Source: Psammoneis japonica (taxonomy: Eukaryota). From it: a DNA stretch of 64,000 bases. Where the stretch lies: contig QPGO01000209.1 of the NCBI GenBank assembly GCA_008632985.1, positions 1-64,000 on the forward strand, given 5' to 3'. A program made the translations under genes and the position numbers. The notes under the pieces are model-generated. The model searched no databases and was not told the DNA's origin. It was given only the letters and a program-made list of their open reading frames with translations. Shown here piece after piece: positions 12,793-25,399 of this stretch (its first letter is position 1; every line of letters starts with the position of its first letter).

Positions 12793-15700
12793 TGAGAGAC
12801 TTTGGCCTCCACACAGTCAACTTCTCCAGCCAGCCAATGAGCTGTGTCATGTTTGTGTTCTTCTAAGAAGGAGGGTGCAAAAAAAATGGTCCCATCATTT
12901 CTGCTTTTCACACATCCCAGCAACAAGATTGAAGATCTTTCTCCATTTGATCACAGTGCTGTGTCCCCACGGCATGCTGAACAAGCTCCGCGCACAAGAG
13001 CCAAGACATGCCAAAGAGCTGCTTCCTTGGCTTCTGACATTGTGGCATGAATGCACTCTCAGTGGCAGCAGGGCAGAGCTCACACATGCCAAATTTTGTG
13101 GTGGGAAACATGTCCATTGGCAAAATGTTGAAAACTTCTAAGATGAGGAGGTGGGCAGCACCAGGGAAAAGTGGTTCATTTGGCTGCCATGGGGTTGTCA
13201 AATTTTTTGTCTTGCCTGATGAGTGATGTGTTGAGCTCCTTTCTTGTGGGTCCAAATGTCATCCATTTTGAATTTAAAATTCTCATCTGTGGGATTCCAG
13301 CTGAGCTTGTTTGGCACCCATTCTCTCAGTTTCCTCAGAGCCAAGGCTTCCACCTGGGTTGTTGGGGCCATGCAGCAGGGCTGCACTGGCTGTGTTGTTG
13401 GAAGATGGCAGCACTCTCTCCACTTGCCATTTGCAGCTCTCCACTCCATTGTGACTGGCAAACAAATGGACAACAGATGTCAAATGAAGAGTTTCTGTTA
13501 AAATCATGCAGCAAAACATCATTTGGCAATCATTGCAAAAATGTGGCTGACAGCAATCTGCTTTCCATGCATGTGCACATGGTCTGTCTTGCCTTTGCTC
13601 ACATCTGCAGATCCTTGAGCTGATGGCAGGGTAGGATGCAGGCCAATGCTGCTGAGTCAGTGCCACAAACCACAAAATGATGGGTGCTGCCAATGAGAGT
13701 CTCATCCTTGTGCCTCCTGCCTGGAGCACTTGGCAGCAGATGTGCCAGCCAACTGTGCAGCAGCAACAAATGATTGATGAGGCAATCCACTCTCCATGCA
13801 CCATGGGTGCAGGGTCCATCTTGCATTTGCTCATGGAGTCTGCAGATCCTTGAGCAGATGACCAGGGATGCTGACCAATGCTGCTGAGACAATGCCACAA
13901 ACAAAGACCAAATGTTGTCAACAGTCTGGCGCACCTCCACAGTGTGCTTGGCAGATGCATCAGCCAAGATGCAACAAAAAGGGGGGTCTTGGGGGCACAA
14001 CTTCAGACTGACTGCCATGCATCCACAATGTGAGGAGTGCATTGGGTGGGCTGACAGTCATGGTTTTGGGGGGCAAAAGAAACTCCTCCAGCACTCAAAA
14101 TTTTGTTGCCACCTCAGACTCTGAGCAACCAATTTAGGTTGCTCTCTTTGTGTGGGTCAAGTCCACAAGCTCTTGTCAAGTCTCACTGAAGCCCATCTTG
14201 GCAGCCATTTGGACACTGTTGCCATGAACTCTTGGCTGTGTGGAGGGTGCAATGGGCACTTGCTTTGTCATTGGCCCTGCAGGAGACACACACAAGAGAA
14301 GATGCACTCTGGAAACTTGTTGTGCAGTGACAAGTTGGGGTCAGACCAATTGGGTGCAGCCATGCTGTCATGAGCATGAGCTAGACTGCCTTCAAATGAA
14401 CTGAACTGGACCTGGGGAAAAGCTGCAACAACTGCCATTGGGGTGTTGCCTGCATGGTGGAAACACACTGTGGGCAACAGCCATTGAACCATTGAACAAG
14501 TCCTGCAGCTGATTCACAAAACAAGTGCAATGATGATGACAATGAAAGGTGGCCAATGGTTTTCAAAAATGGCAAAACACAAAAAGTGAAACCTCAACTT
14601 GGAGTGCTTCCTGCTGGCCCAAACAGACAGACAGGTGGTGATGCCACACCAGAAGCCATTTCCTCACACAGCTCAATTCAATTTAATTCAATCCCAAAAA
14701 TTGCACAGCCATTGCTGGCTGCTGCCTGCAACAAGCTTTTGGCAATGCCTGGCATGCCTTTCAGTCCACAACTGCAGACAGGGTCAGAGCACATGTGCAC
14801 AACAAAACAAGCCCAAGTCCACATTTGAAGTTGTGGGGTGGAAACACTGCACAACTGACAATCCTTGTAGATCCTCAATCAGTGTCAAGCAAAGCAACAG
14901 CCAGTCTTGCGACTGACACTGCTTCCAGTCAATGTCATTTGTGGTCCTGATCTTCTGCCAAGATGTTCTCTGTTGGCCTGACAAACCATCAAGACAGATG
15001 GTGGTGAGAGATGGGGTTGTTGCAGAAGGTTCTGCATTCTTCCCCTGCCTGCCCATCTAAGATGCTGTTGTTGCAGCAGAGTTTCAGACTTCTCCAAGTC
15101 ATCCACTTGCTTCTGACTCCTCCACATGTCCCAGGCAATGTCCTGTAAGTGCGTGATTGGACCTGAGACCTGGGACAGGCCTGTGTTCCTTCCATCCAAG
15201 CATTCACAATGAGCCTGTTGCATGCATGCCCACTTGATGACAAGGAATCATCCTCTGGCAAAGAAGTTCTTGCTCAAATTTTCTTGAGCCAAGAAGGCAG
15301 TTTTGACCTTGCCACATTCTGAGTGGATTGTCAGAGGAGGAGTCTCATTGTGCCATGAAGAAAGAAGCCACATTGTGCCCACTTTGATGTCTGGATGTGT
15401 GACCCATTTTGATGTGGCCAATCCTCTAGTCCAAGCAGTTTCTTGCTCCACAGTTCTTGTGCCAAGAAGGATTTGCAATGTGGCATGTGATCCACAGTGG
15501 TGGGGGTGATGTCAGAACGTGAGAGAGGGCAATGGGCGGTGCTCTGTGGGCGTGTCTTGACAATCAGCTCATTGTCTGCGATCTCACAAACATCTCAAGG
15601 CAGGTGCGAGGTGTGGTGTCGAACAAGAAAAACAAAGACTGACAGCGGAAAGACCTTCTTGGATGATTCCACGCATGCACGCACCGCACCGCACACCATG

Positions 15701-16250
15701 CGTGCACGGAATGGAAGCTGCAAATGGTCACCTCTGTGACTCACAAAAACATCCCAGACAACACGCAGCCAGCCACAGCTGTGCCAACCCTGCAGTGCTG
15801 GCTTGACAGTTTGCTTTCCAGCTGCTCTGCTGTGGGTGCCAGTCTGAGCAAAGATGTGGTGTGGAAGTTGTTAAAAAGTGCTTTTTTCAAATCAGATCCA
15901 CTCCACAGCTTTCCCTCAATGCTGCGCTGAGAAAAGACCCTTTGCAAAGTTCTGGATGGCATGCGACTCATCCTCTCCCAATTGTCCTGTCCCAAGTCCT
16001 TCTTTCCTCATGCCTCCACAGACTCATTTCAACACTGGGTAACTCGCCCAGCAGATGACAACCCAAAATCTGTGCTCTCAAGAGCAGGACAACCTTTCCC
16101 ACTGCTTTTTGCATCAGCAAGTGTGCTTGTTGAGCTTTCATTCATGTTCATGAGCTTGGGAACACAACGTGTGGCTGTGAGATCAAACCAAACCCCAGCT
16201 GACCTACATGCAAAGTCATGTTGCCTTTTCTGCACTCTGCAACCTCTCAT
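12793..16250. mobile_element. Unclassified old repeat block, depleted of both TpA and CpG
   Basis: Composition. Internal duplicated motif CTGCAGATCCTTGAGC near 13606 and 13840. Homology to 34598-34685. Confidence 0.4.
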
Positions 16251-19200
16251 CACTTTGTCTGTCTCCAGCATGTCTTGTCCAACAGAAAATTTTGCCTGAC
16301 CGACGACATGATCTTCATGAACAGATCACTCAGACTTGTTTCCGTTCCCTCCTTTGCAATCCCAACAGTCCCTGCAGCAACAGTTTTGCGGTTGTGGTGA
16401 TGTGCAATGGAGTGATGCTTCTTCTTTAGCGTAGACTCAGGAACAAAGCAATTCTTGCAGACGGCTTCGTTGTCGCAAAAGACATTCGTTGATCCCTCGA
16501 TCGGCACCCCAAACATTCAAAGCTTGTGTTGCAGTCCTTCAATGAGCTCAACAGCATTCTTAAGTGTGACAATCTTGGCTCCAAATGCACTCGCCTCCAC
16601 AGCATTCTGATGTTTCGAGCACCACATGATGGGCACCTGATTGACAATCATCAAGATGCCTGTGTGACTGCGGCGGTTGGCAACATTGCCAGCATGGTTG
16701 GCATCCACAAAACAATGTGTTGACACTGCATCACCTCAAGCGGGTGGTGCATTTGTCAGGATGTCTTTTTTGGCATCTTGGCAAAAGTCGTGCCAACCAC
16801 ACTTCACGAATCGCGATTCATCAATCTTGGGATGAGCCAGGTCAAAAGCCACTTGGCACTTTGGAACATGTTTGAGGTGCACAAAGACATGCAGCACCTG
16901 TTCCAGATGACCAATGCAAGGCAAGCAGACATCAACAACACTTCCAAATGAATGTTGACTCCACCGAGTTCCACAGCCCAAACCAACACGCCAATCAACT
17001 CTTGACAACATGTGGTCCTTCGGCATTTAATTTGCCAGTTGTGTCCAGCTTGGGCTTGCATCCAACATTTTCCTTCTTTGCTGAGTTTGTCCTCAACATT
17101 CTGAACAGCGGCCTTGCAGCACTTCTCTGCAGACATTGACCAACAGGTGGTTCCATCGGCCAGAGTCATCTTGGAGAAAGCGCAGCTCTGAGATGAGAAT
17201 CAGGCTCAGCTGCCTCATCACCCTTGAGCTTGAACTTGGACCTGATGCCATCCATCATCTTCATTGGCTCATGGCTGATCAACAACATGTCATCAACATA
17301 AACCAAAATGTGTTCACAGCACTTGAGTCCATCGGGTTTCACCACAGGTTGCATCCACACATCCGGATTGGCCTTGCTCGGCTTGCACCCTAGATCACAC
17401 AGCGTCTCCACCAGAAATGCCCCAAATGCCACTCCTGAGCTCTTCAATCCACAGAGAGCTCTGACCACAATCATGATGCATCCTTTGTCTTCACCAAATT
17501 CTGAACCTGCATGGGTCCAAATCTTCTCCCTGCAAGGGGCAGTGAGGCAGGTGTTCTGGATGTTGCACGCAAAAACTTGCAAGCCGTTGAGCACTGCAAG
17601 TGTAAGTGCAATTCTCACTGAATCCTGCAAGATGACAGAGGAGCAGGTGAGAGTTGCAGGGGCTTCAGCAGTGTGGCCTCCAGCCACCATGCGAGCTTTG
17701 CGACGAAAATTTTCTCCCATCTTGACATCGAAAATCACATGGCATTTCACTTCCTGGCAACCAGGCGCCATGTCTTCTAGCCCCCCCCTCACGTTTCTCA
17801 AATGCAACGTGTCATTCTTCATCTCCATGCAAATGGCATCCCACCAAAGGGCACCACCATTTGCATGATCTAGCTGGATTGCCTCCTTGACGCTCTTGGG
17901 AATTCAGACACCAAACTCATGTGTCCTCAGCCAACATTTTGACTTGACCTTTGCAATGAAACGCTTGCGGGTCCTCACAATGTGAGGAACCCACCAAGCA
18001 AACACCACCTCCTCTGAGATCTTGTGCTGGATGGAAAACTTGGTGACTTGGACAGGGAAGCTCTCCTCAGCGTCCTTCAAGTCTGTCCATGTCGCACTCC
18101 CATCCTTCCATTGGAACAAGAGTTCCCATCCCTTGGCAGTCTTGCACCTCTTCCAAATGCCTTGCTCAGTCTCAAAGAATGCAGATTCCGGAATGTCCCC
18201 ATTTGCATGGCAATCAACTGTCTCGTCAAATGGAACATGCCGGTTCCCGTCTTCGTTGATCTGTGCAATCAAATTGGTGGCAATGGAGTTAGCAGACAGT
18301 GCAGCAAGATGCCCCTCAGGGTGCTCCACCTCATGCATCCCAGCATTGAGGATGGGATTGTCATTGACTGTTCCAACCAGACTGCTGTTGGCATCTCTTA
18401 ACCTCTTTGTAACACAAGCAAATTCGGGGCCATTGTCATCCCTCGGGAGTGCCACTTTCATGTTGAGACAACCCCAATCAGTTGCTTCCGGCAAGGCTTC
18501 CTTGTCTTTCTTGTCGTCATCTTCATCAATTGCTTCTTCCAATGACATGATGCAATCGCACTCATTGAGGAATTCGTCATCGCATCCAAGGTGGTCCTTC
18601 CAATCTTTGGGGCTGATCTTTCATTCCTCGTCATTGGGGAAATCTTGCTCCCTCAGACGGCACATGATCTCCTTGTCAAAACAGTCAAACTTAACCTTGT
18701 TCTCTTGGGCAGCGGCTTCTAAGTTGGTGACTTGTTGAATGGATGTCCTTGACATGACACTGCCGGTCTCTGTTAAAACATGGTGCAACATGAGACTCCC
18801 CGTTCTGTGAGATGCACCAAGCCACCTGCCAAGTTTCTCATCACCAAGACCTGCTTTCTCCCTGCACCAGACTCAATCATAAAATCCAAAGTCCAGGCAC
18901 TCCGAGATGTCCACGGGTTCTCTGAGAATGTTTTCAAGCAGCACTCCAGCATCCAAATGATGCAATCTAAGGAATGTGCAAGACATGATTTCGCAAGTCC
19001 TCCGTGCAAATCTGCAATCCCACAGTTGCCGCGGCACATGCTTCTTGACCATGATGTGGAACCACTTGCATCAAACTTTGTGCACAACTCCTTCAGCAGG
19101 GTTCTGGTTGTGTTGATTGGGTTCAACAACATGGCAGTCAATGCCTTCCTCACGCACCATCTTCATGAACTCAGTGCCCAGTTTTGTCTGTTCCTTGGAA

Positions 19201-22200
19201 CCATCCATGATGAGCTTCTCTAGAGCACCAAATTCTTGGCAGAACATCTTGAGAGCTTCTCCTGCTTTGCTCTTCTTGTCCATGGGGCAGATCGCAGCAA
19301 AGTGTTGCTTGTTTGTAAAGATCTGGGCATGTCAATTGCCTTCTGACAAAATCACCTTGCCATCAACAGTGTCGGTTGCCCATTCACCTCACAGTCTTGG
19401 TTTCGTAAACATGCAGTCCACTTGATGGTGTCAACCCACAGGCATTGGCGCCAACCTTGCAAGCTTCTGAGCAGTTTTCTTGAGTGTGCTCATTGCTTGC
19501 TTGAGTCCAATGCTCCATTGTTTGCTCAAGTCCGCAGCTGTCATGTCACTGTGCTGCTCCTTGGACATGAATGTCTTTCGGGTTGGCAAATCTTCAGGTC
19601 TGTCACCGATCGTTTTGGTTGCAGTGACCTTGACTTCTGGCAGTGACTCCACTTTAACCGCTGCCATCAACCTTGATTGAATTTGATCAACACCACAGAT
19701 GAATTGCCTGTCTTTGCAGTCCCCGGGCTGAGGGTTGCTGTGAGCAGGGTCAGCACTAAATTCGTGTGTCAAATTTGTCTGGGCAGCATGGATCATTGCA
19801 GTTGACCAAACCAACTCCATTCCTCCTCCACGGAGTGTCAAGGTCCAACAGAATTGAACTTGACATCATGTGGATCCCAGGGTTGCTGGGAGGTCATCTG
19901 GATCCTGGGGCACTTGTGCAACTCCTGATCCATGGGAGCACAAGTTGCTGCAACAAATTGGTCCCCACAACCTTGAGTGGCATCATGAACAAATTGTCCT
20001 CCATGAGAAGACCTCTTCACACCAAAATGCCGCAATTGGTTGGGGACAAGCAACAAGTGCTCCATGGAGTCTGACATCCATGAGCCCTTGTGGAAGACCA
20101 GAACAAACATTGCTCCCGATGTTGGCAACATCCACGCTGTGGCCGCTGAAACTGTTGGGACACTCTTGATGGAATCGCACCCCTCGTCAAAAGGCGACAT
20201 GTCACATTCTCTTCCAGAGTGACCTGAGAGGGTGAAATTACGACCAAAGACACAGTGGCGTCAGCATGCAAATCCATTTCAATGCGTCCATGCTGCGCCT
20301 GACTCATGTTGCAGATGTGAGGGATTTGGGTGTTGGACCAAGCTGCTGAAATGCATAGAGTGGAGGCAACTGCCTTGCAAATCTTTTGACTGCAGCGACT
20401 CGGGTCTCTTCTGACTGATCAACGTGGCTGTCCCCCACCCCAGTGCAGCAACCACAACACAAAGTTGATGATGCCACAGAGCAGAGTCCAGCTTGGTGGT
20501 CATTTCTGGCGTCTGCCATGCCTTTTGCTGTGTCCTCCGAATGCGTCTCCAGCACTGTCCTTGTCTTGTCCGCCATCCTTTGAATCATTGCCCAAATTGG
20601 CATGGGTGTCTGTGTTCAAAGTGGAGATTTTGCGGTTTGCATCTTTAAACTGTGACAAAAGCTTCCAATTTTTCTTCTCAAGCAACTTGACAGATGCAGC
20701 ATGGCATTTGGGATTCTCAGATTGCTTGGAAATTCCCAAATGCATGCACTCATCGACAACCTTCTGCTTGTTCTCTTTTCTCAACTGGCTGCTGAAACGC
20801 AAAATTTGCGAATCGCAAATTAATTTATAAAAACAAATAGCTCGAATTTTTTCACGATGAAAGCACGTGCGAGGTCTCTAAGTGCTTCATTTTTCGCTTC
20901 AAATGAGCAAATGACACTGTTTCGACAACCGAAGGTCTGTGGGTGACATGAAATAACAAACCAATAAGATTGTTATCATTATGAAGAGCTGTGTGACGTT
21001 TTGTTTGTGAGGAAAGGCGGTGTAATCATCCAAAAAGGTCATTTTTTGTTGAAATCTTGCGATGCATCGGCATGAGTTGCCGTCACAAGAAGGCAATTTC
21101 CTTTGAAAATAAGGATTTCTTGTCATTTCTCGTGCATCATATCTTTTCTTAATCGAAGTAGAAAGAACGCCTGCACCTTGAATTGCACCAGAGGATGTTG
21201 GCCGCGTCGCAAAGACAATCTTGGAGGGTGACAAGGGTCATTTCTCGACTCGCCGCGCGATGATTGTGCGGGGATTCGGAATTTGTCGCAAATTTTGCGA
21301 TGTCGCAAATTTTTCGATTCGGCAGCTGGTGCCAATTCTTGTTGTGTCCAGTGTCAATGGATCCATCGGCATTGTAGATGGTGCCACTCTTGCTTCCTCC
21401 TCCTGAGGCAACTGCAGCAATTGCACAGTGATGTGCAATTGTCTCAGCGAGTGTGGCGACCTTAGCAGCAAGATGGTCAGCTGCCACGGTGAATGTGATG
21501 CCTCCTCCGAACTTGTTCTGTGCCTTCAAGGTCTCAACCACAGCCTGCAGCTGTTGGTGCTGAGTCTTCTTGAAAAGGATGTGCAGTTTCTGAGCCTCCG
21601 TTTTGGGTTCGTTGTTCTCCTCACAAATGTTGAACATTTCTTTGAGTTTGTCAACAAACAACTCGAACAGCACAGTGTGTTCACTCTTGCAATGGAGAGC
21701 ATTCTCCATGCACTTGGCTTTTCAGAAATGTGATGGGAGGAATTTCCTTCTACCTGGTGGTGGTCACATGGCGCCTGATGGTCCACGCATCCATTTTGCT
21801 CACTCTTGCAGTCTTTCAACCACTGTTCACTTGGTGTCCCCATGGTGAGGGACTCCATCAACAAATGAACAGCATGAGCATCCACTTCAAAAGCCAGACC
21901 ATTGAGAGGGGCACATGCAACGCACTTCTGGATGAAGGTGTTGTGACCATTGGGCTCTGGTGCATTGTTCGGACGGATGCAATGCGCACCAGTGGCATGC
22001 CAGATGCTCCCAGCACAATGCCTGACATGTTTGTCAAGCCAGTGCACCACTTTACCCAACCTTTCTTGCTCTCCAACATCCCAGGTGATGCCTCCTTGCC
22101 AAGAGAGTCTGCAGTGTCCTTAGTCTGAGAGCAAATCTCAGCATGACTGAATGCCATCTGGAGCTCAGCACGGAATGTCACTTGGTTGAACCTGTCAAGA

Positions 22201-22500
22201 GTGGGGTTCTTGCTTGCACAGCCAAAATCTTGAGCCCAATGGACGAGAGCCTTGAGTTGACAACTGCAAGCCAAACCAAAATGAGTGCACCCTTCAGCAA
22301 CCATCCTCCTTGCATGTGACAAAGCAAGAGAGTCAATGTCATCTTCCTTGAGGTCTTCTAAATCATTGAATGACACAAAATCCACCACAATTGAAGCTTG
22401 GTGAGCCAGATCAACAAATCCAATCCAATCAAGAGCTGTGTCAATTGGATCTGGAGGAGAAGCCGCCACAGTGGTGCCCACACCAGTGGGAAAACAGAAT
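16250..22500 (-). mobile_element. Second Ty1/Copia (CoDi-like) element, heavily decayed; LTRs not resolved
   Basis: gag about 20500-22500; integrase DGSKEQ and NQNPAEG about 19071-19283; RT IFDVKMGENFRRKARMVAGGH, RALCGLKSSG and LVYVDD at 17166-17828; RH FVDANHAG and FCDNEAV at 16250-16726. Confidence 0.9.
20789..21325. mobile_element. 537-bp non-autonomous TIR element (MITE) inserted in Copia gag
   Basis: Imperfect TIRs CTGCTGAAACGCAAAATTTGCGA and CTGCCGAATCGAAAAATTTGCGA. 4-bp TSD CTGG at 20785-20788 and 21326-21329. Removing it restores gag NWHQLRKEN. Confidence 0.9.
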
Positions 22501-22994
22501 TGTGTGAGAAAACACATGAGATGATGGTGTTTCTCTTTTTGTGCTGACAACAACACACAGCCATTAGAAGCATGGAGACTGGCCATGTCTCCTCACTGCT
22601 TGTGCGCACACTGATGCTGGACAATGACAATCATTGTGCGCCCATTGATTGTCTGACATTCGTTGTCGCAACCATGTCACAATGGCACAATTGTTTCTTT
22701 TCAGTTGTTTGTCACTTTTTGTCAAACCAAACGTGAGTCATGACTTTGCTCTGACAAAGTGAGCAAATCTGGCTGCCAGATGGGCTCAGCCAGTCACAGT
22801 CTCAGTGCAACAATGTGAGTGCAGCCAACAAGATGCTTCTGGGCCTGTTGCAACTGCAACGATTGCAACAAGTGAGACTGATTGGTGGTCATGGTCATTT
22901 TCCCACCAACACCATGTCACAGTCCCGCCACTTCAACTTGCAGAGCACAGCATCCAATCATTGACACATCGGATTCCACTTTCTCCAAAGTTCA

Positions 22995-23202
22995 GTGTGC
23001 GCCCATTGGCAGGAGCTGCCATGGGTGGAGACGCCACAGAAATCATGCAGGTGCCATTTTTTTTCAGGGTTGTGTCTCATTGTCTTCATTTCTCTAAGCA
23101 AAGCTCAGTGTGTGCCCACAGTGGAAGCTGCCATTGGTGTGGACGCCATGAAAATCATGCAGGTGCCTTTTTTTTCAGGGTTGTGTCTCATTGTCTTCAT
23201 TT
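22995..23202 (+). repeat. Tandem duplication of about 100 bp
   Basis: AAATCATGCAGGTGCC-T tract-CAGGGTTGTGTCTCATTGTCTTCATTT occurs twice. Confidence 0.8.
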
Positions 23203-23989
23203 GCAAACATTTAAGATGAAAGATCAGATGCTTCAAACAACACAATGACATTGCAATTGTCAAAATGTCAAAGAGAAGGATGTCCGTGGTGCTCTTTTTC
23301 TTCATTTGGACACTTGTCAGCCACCAGCAAATCATGACTTCACGACATCTGTGCAAGTTTTGTGAAATGTTTCATCAGCATCATCTTCATCACATGCCTC
23401 TCCAATCAACTTGACAACAACCCACAAATGGTTGGGTGCAACAAGCGGAGAGTGCACAATGTTGCACAATGCATCATCATCAGCAACATGTTCTGTCTTG
23501 CACTTTTGTTGTCTCTTTGTGCTTTGTTGCCCAATTCTTGATGAACTGAGACAAAGCTGAAGACATGATTTGGTGGTGTTTTCATTGTTCATTGCAATCA
23601 GATGAGTCCTGAAAGGCCAGCCATTCTCCTCTGGATTTTCATCATTTTTGTAACTGACTCTCATGGAAACATCTGAAAGTTGAAAACCTTGATCTGCCAG
23701 CAATCTTTTCCTCATGGAAAGTGACATTCCAAGCACAATGCAATCTGTGCTGTTGCCGCTGATCTTGACAGGAATGCAGTCAACAATGGCATTTTCAAGA
23801 AGGTGCCAGAGGAAACATGCTCAAAATCTCTTGCACAGCCACCTCCAACCCACACCATTGTCCTCTGAGCAAGCAAGAACCTCAAGTGGAAAAAATGGAA
23901 CACCAGGTGCGAGCATGTGGATTTTCAAGATGAGCTGTTCAAGGACATTTTGTTTGCAGTTTGTCCAGATGCTCACATCAAACAAGCTG

Positions 23990-24530
23990 GGAATGAATCA
24001 AGGCATGTGGACCCACTTCTGAAGCTTTGCATGGCCGCCCTGTGACAATGAACCTCAGTGAGAATGTGTGGAGCAAAAGGAGGCCAATGGCACCATTGGC
24101 TTTTTTGAGAGAGTTGAGCTGAAGGAATGTGTTTCTTTGGATGATTTAGAGTTGATGAGGATTGATGGTCATTGGGTGAGGTCAGCCTGTGTTTTGCAAG
24201 TTGAGTCCATTGTCTTGAGGCATCTCATCATGAGGAAAAGGCTTGTCTCACATTTGGTCATGCAGCACTGTCAACTTTCCTGTTGCTGTGATGGGTTTCA
24301 CTCACAAGAGAACCCCAAGAATCAGTCAGAGGATGCAGATGACCCAGCTCCCACTTTTGTGCAACAACACAATGACTGTGCACCACAAGCTCCATGAGGG
24401 GAGGGGAGACAACTGCAAGCCTGGTTTTCTTGACAACTTTGACTGCAGAGACAACTGGGTTCATGTGGTTCTGTCTAGAGTGACAACAAGAAATGGACTT
24501 TGTCTTAGGAAAAAACTTGAAGGCAGGAAA
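23990..24530 (+). pseudogene. PIF1-like SF1 helicase C-terminal remnant, probably from a Helitron
   Basis: HVDPLLKL...EANGTIG, then MTQLPLLCNNTMTVHHKL and NWVHVVLSRV, resembling PIF1 motifs QxPL...TxHKxQG and YVxLSR with Y->H. Confidence 0.55.
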
Positions 24531-25399
24531 ATGAAGGGCATGTCATTGGCATTGAGTGGGTTCCTTGGTCACTTCAGGAGAACACAACAACAAAAGAGAG
24601 GGGGATCCAAGAAGGCTCTCAGGCTCCTGCTGCAAATGACTGTGCAAGGCTTCACAACTGAAGATTGCAATCATCAGACAATGACAACAATCCAAGCTTG
24701 CATCATGCAATTGTCCTTGTCAGGCATGGAAACAAGAGGGTTGAATTGTTTGTGCATGATCCCTGGTTTGAAAGCAAGCATGCAAGCAAAAAGCACAAAA
24801 TCCAAATGTCCCACATCTCAACGGTGGTGGAAAAAAGTGTTGTGTCACAATTGCAGATGGAGGTCAACAAATGGAAGACAAAAGCAACTGGTGTTCAAAC
24901 ATTTAAAACAAACGACCTCAAAATGGAGAAATGGCCAATCGATTGGCCAGGATTCAATGGCACCCCAACCGGAAAATGACCAAGGCAATGCAAAATTTGG
25001 AATGTTTTGTGTTTGTCAACATGGCAACTTTTGTGATGCTCTGAAGTGTGCGAAAGTCATTGGCGCCATTTCATGTGCAAAGACCCCTTGCAAATTTGGT
25101 CATTTTGAAAGTGGTCAGCCCCAACCCAACTTCATCTCACCCATCTGTCTCTGGTGCATTTGGGGTCAGGGCAGGAGGGAGACATGGATGGACACAAGAA
25201 AGGCAAGAATGCACCAATGCACCAACTCAAATTTGCACAATTCGATTGTGTAATTGGGTTTTACATTTGGGATCATTGTCATGCTTGCTGAGAGCACCGT
25301 GCAGCCATCAACATTGCAACAGCAGCTTTCTGCATTTGTCAGTCATTTCATGCACAAGAACACATCAAAATGCTGCCATTTAAAACATGCAAACGAAAC

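Noticed and set aside
15510..15760. Possible solo LTR (TGTCAG...AGACA, CpG-richer than its flanks)
   Set aside because: No matching TSD or second copy was found in the window.
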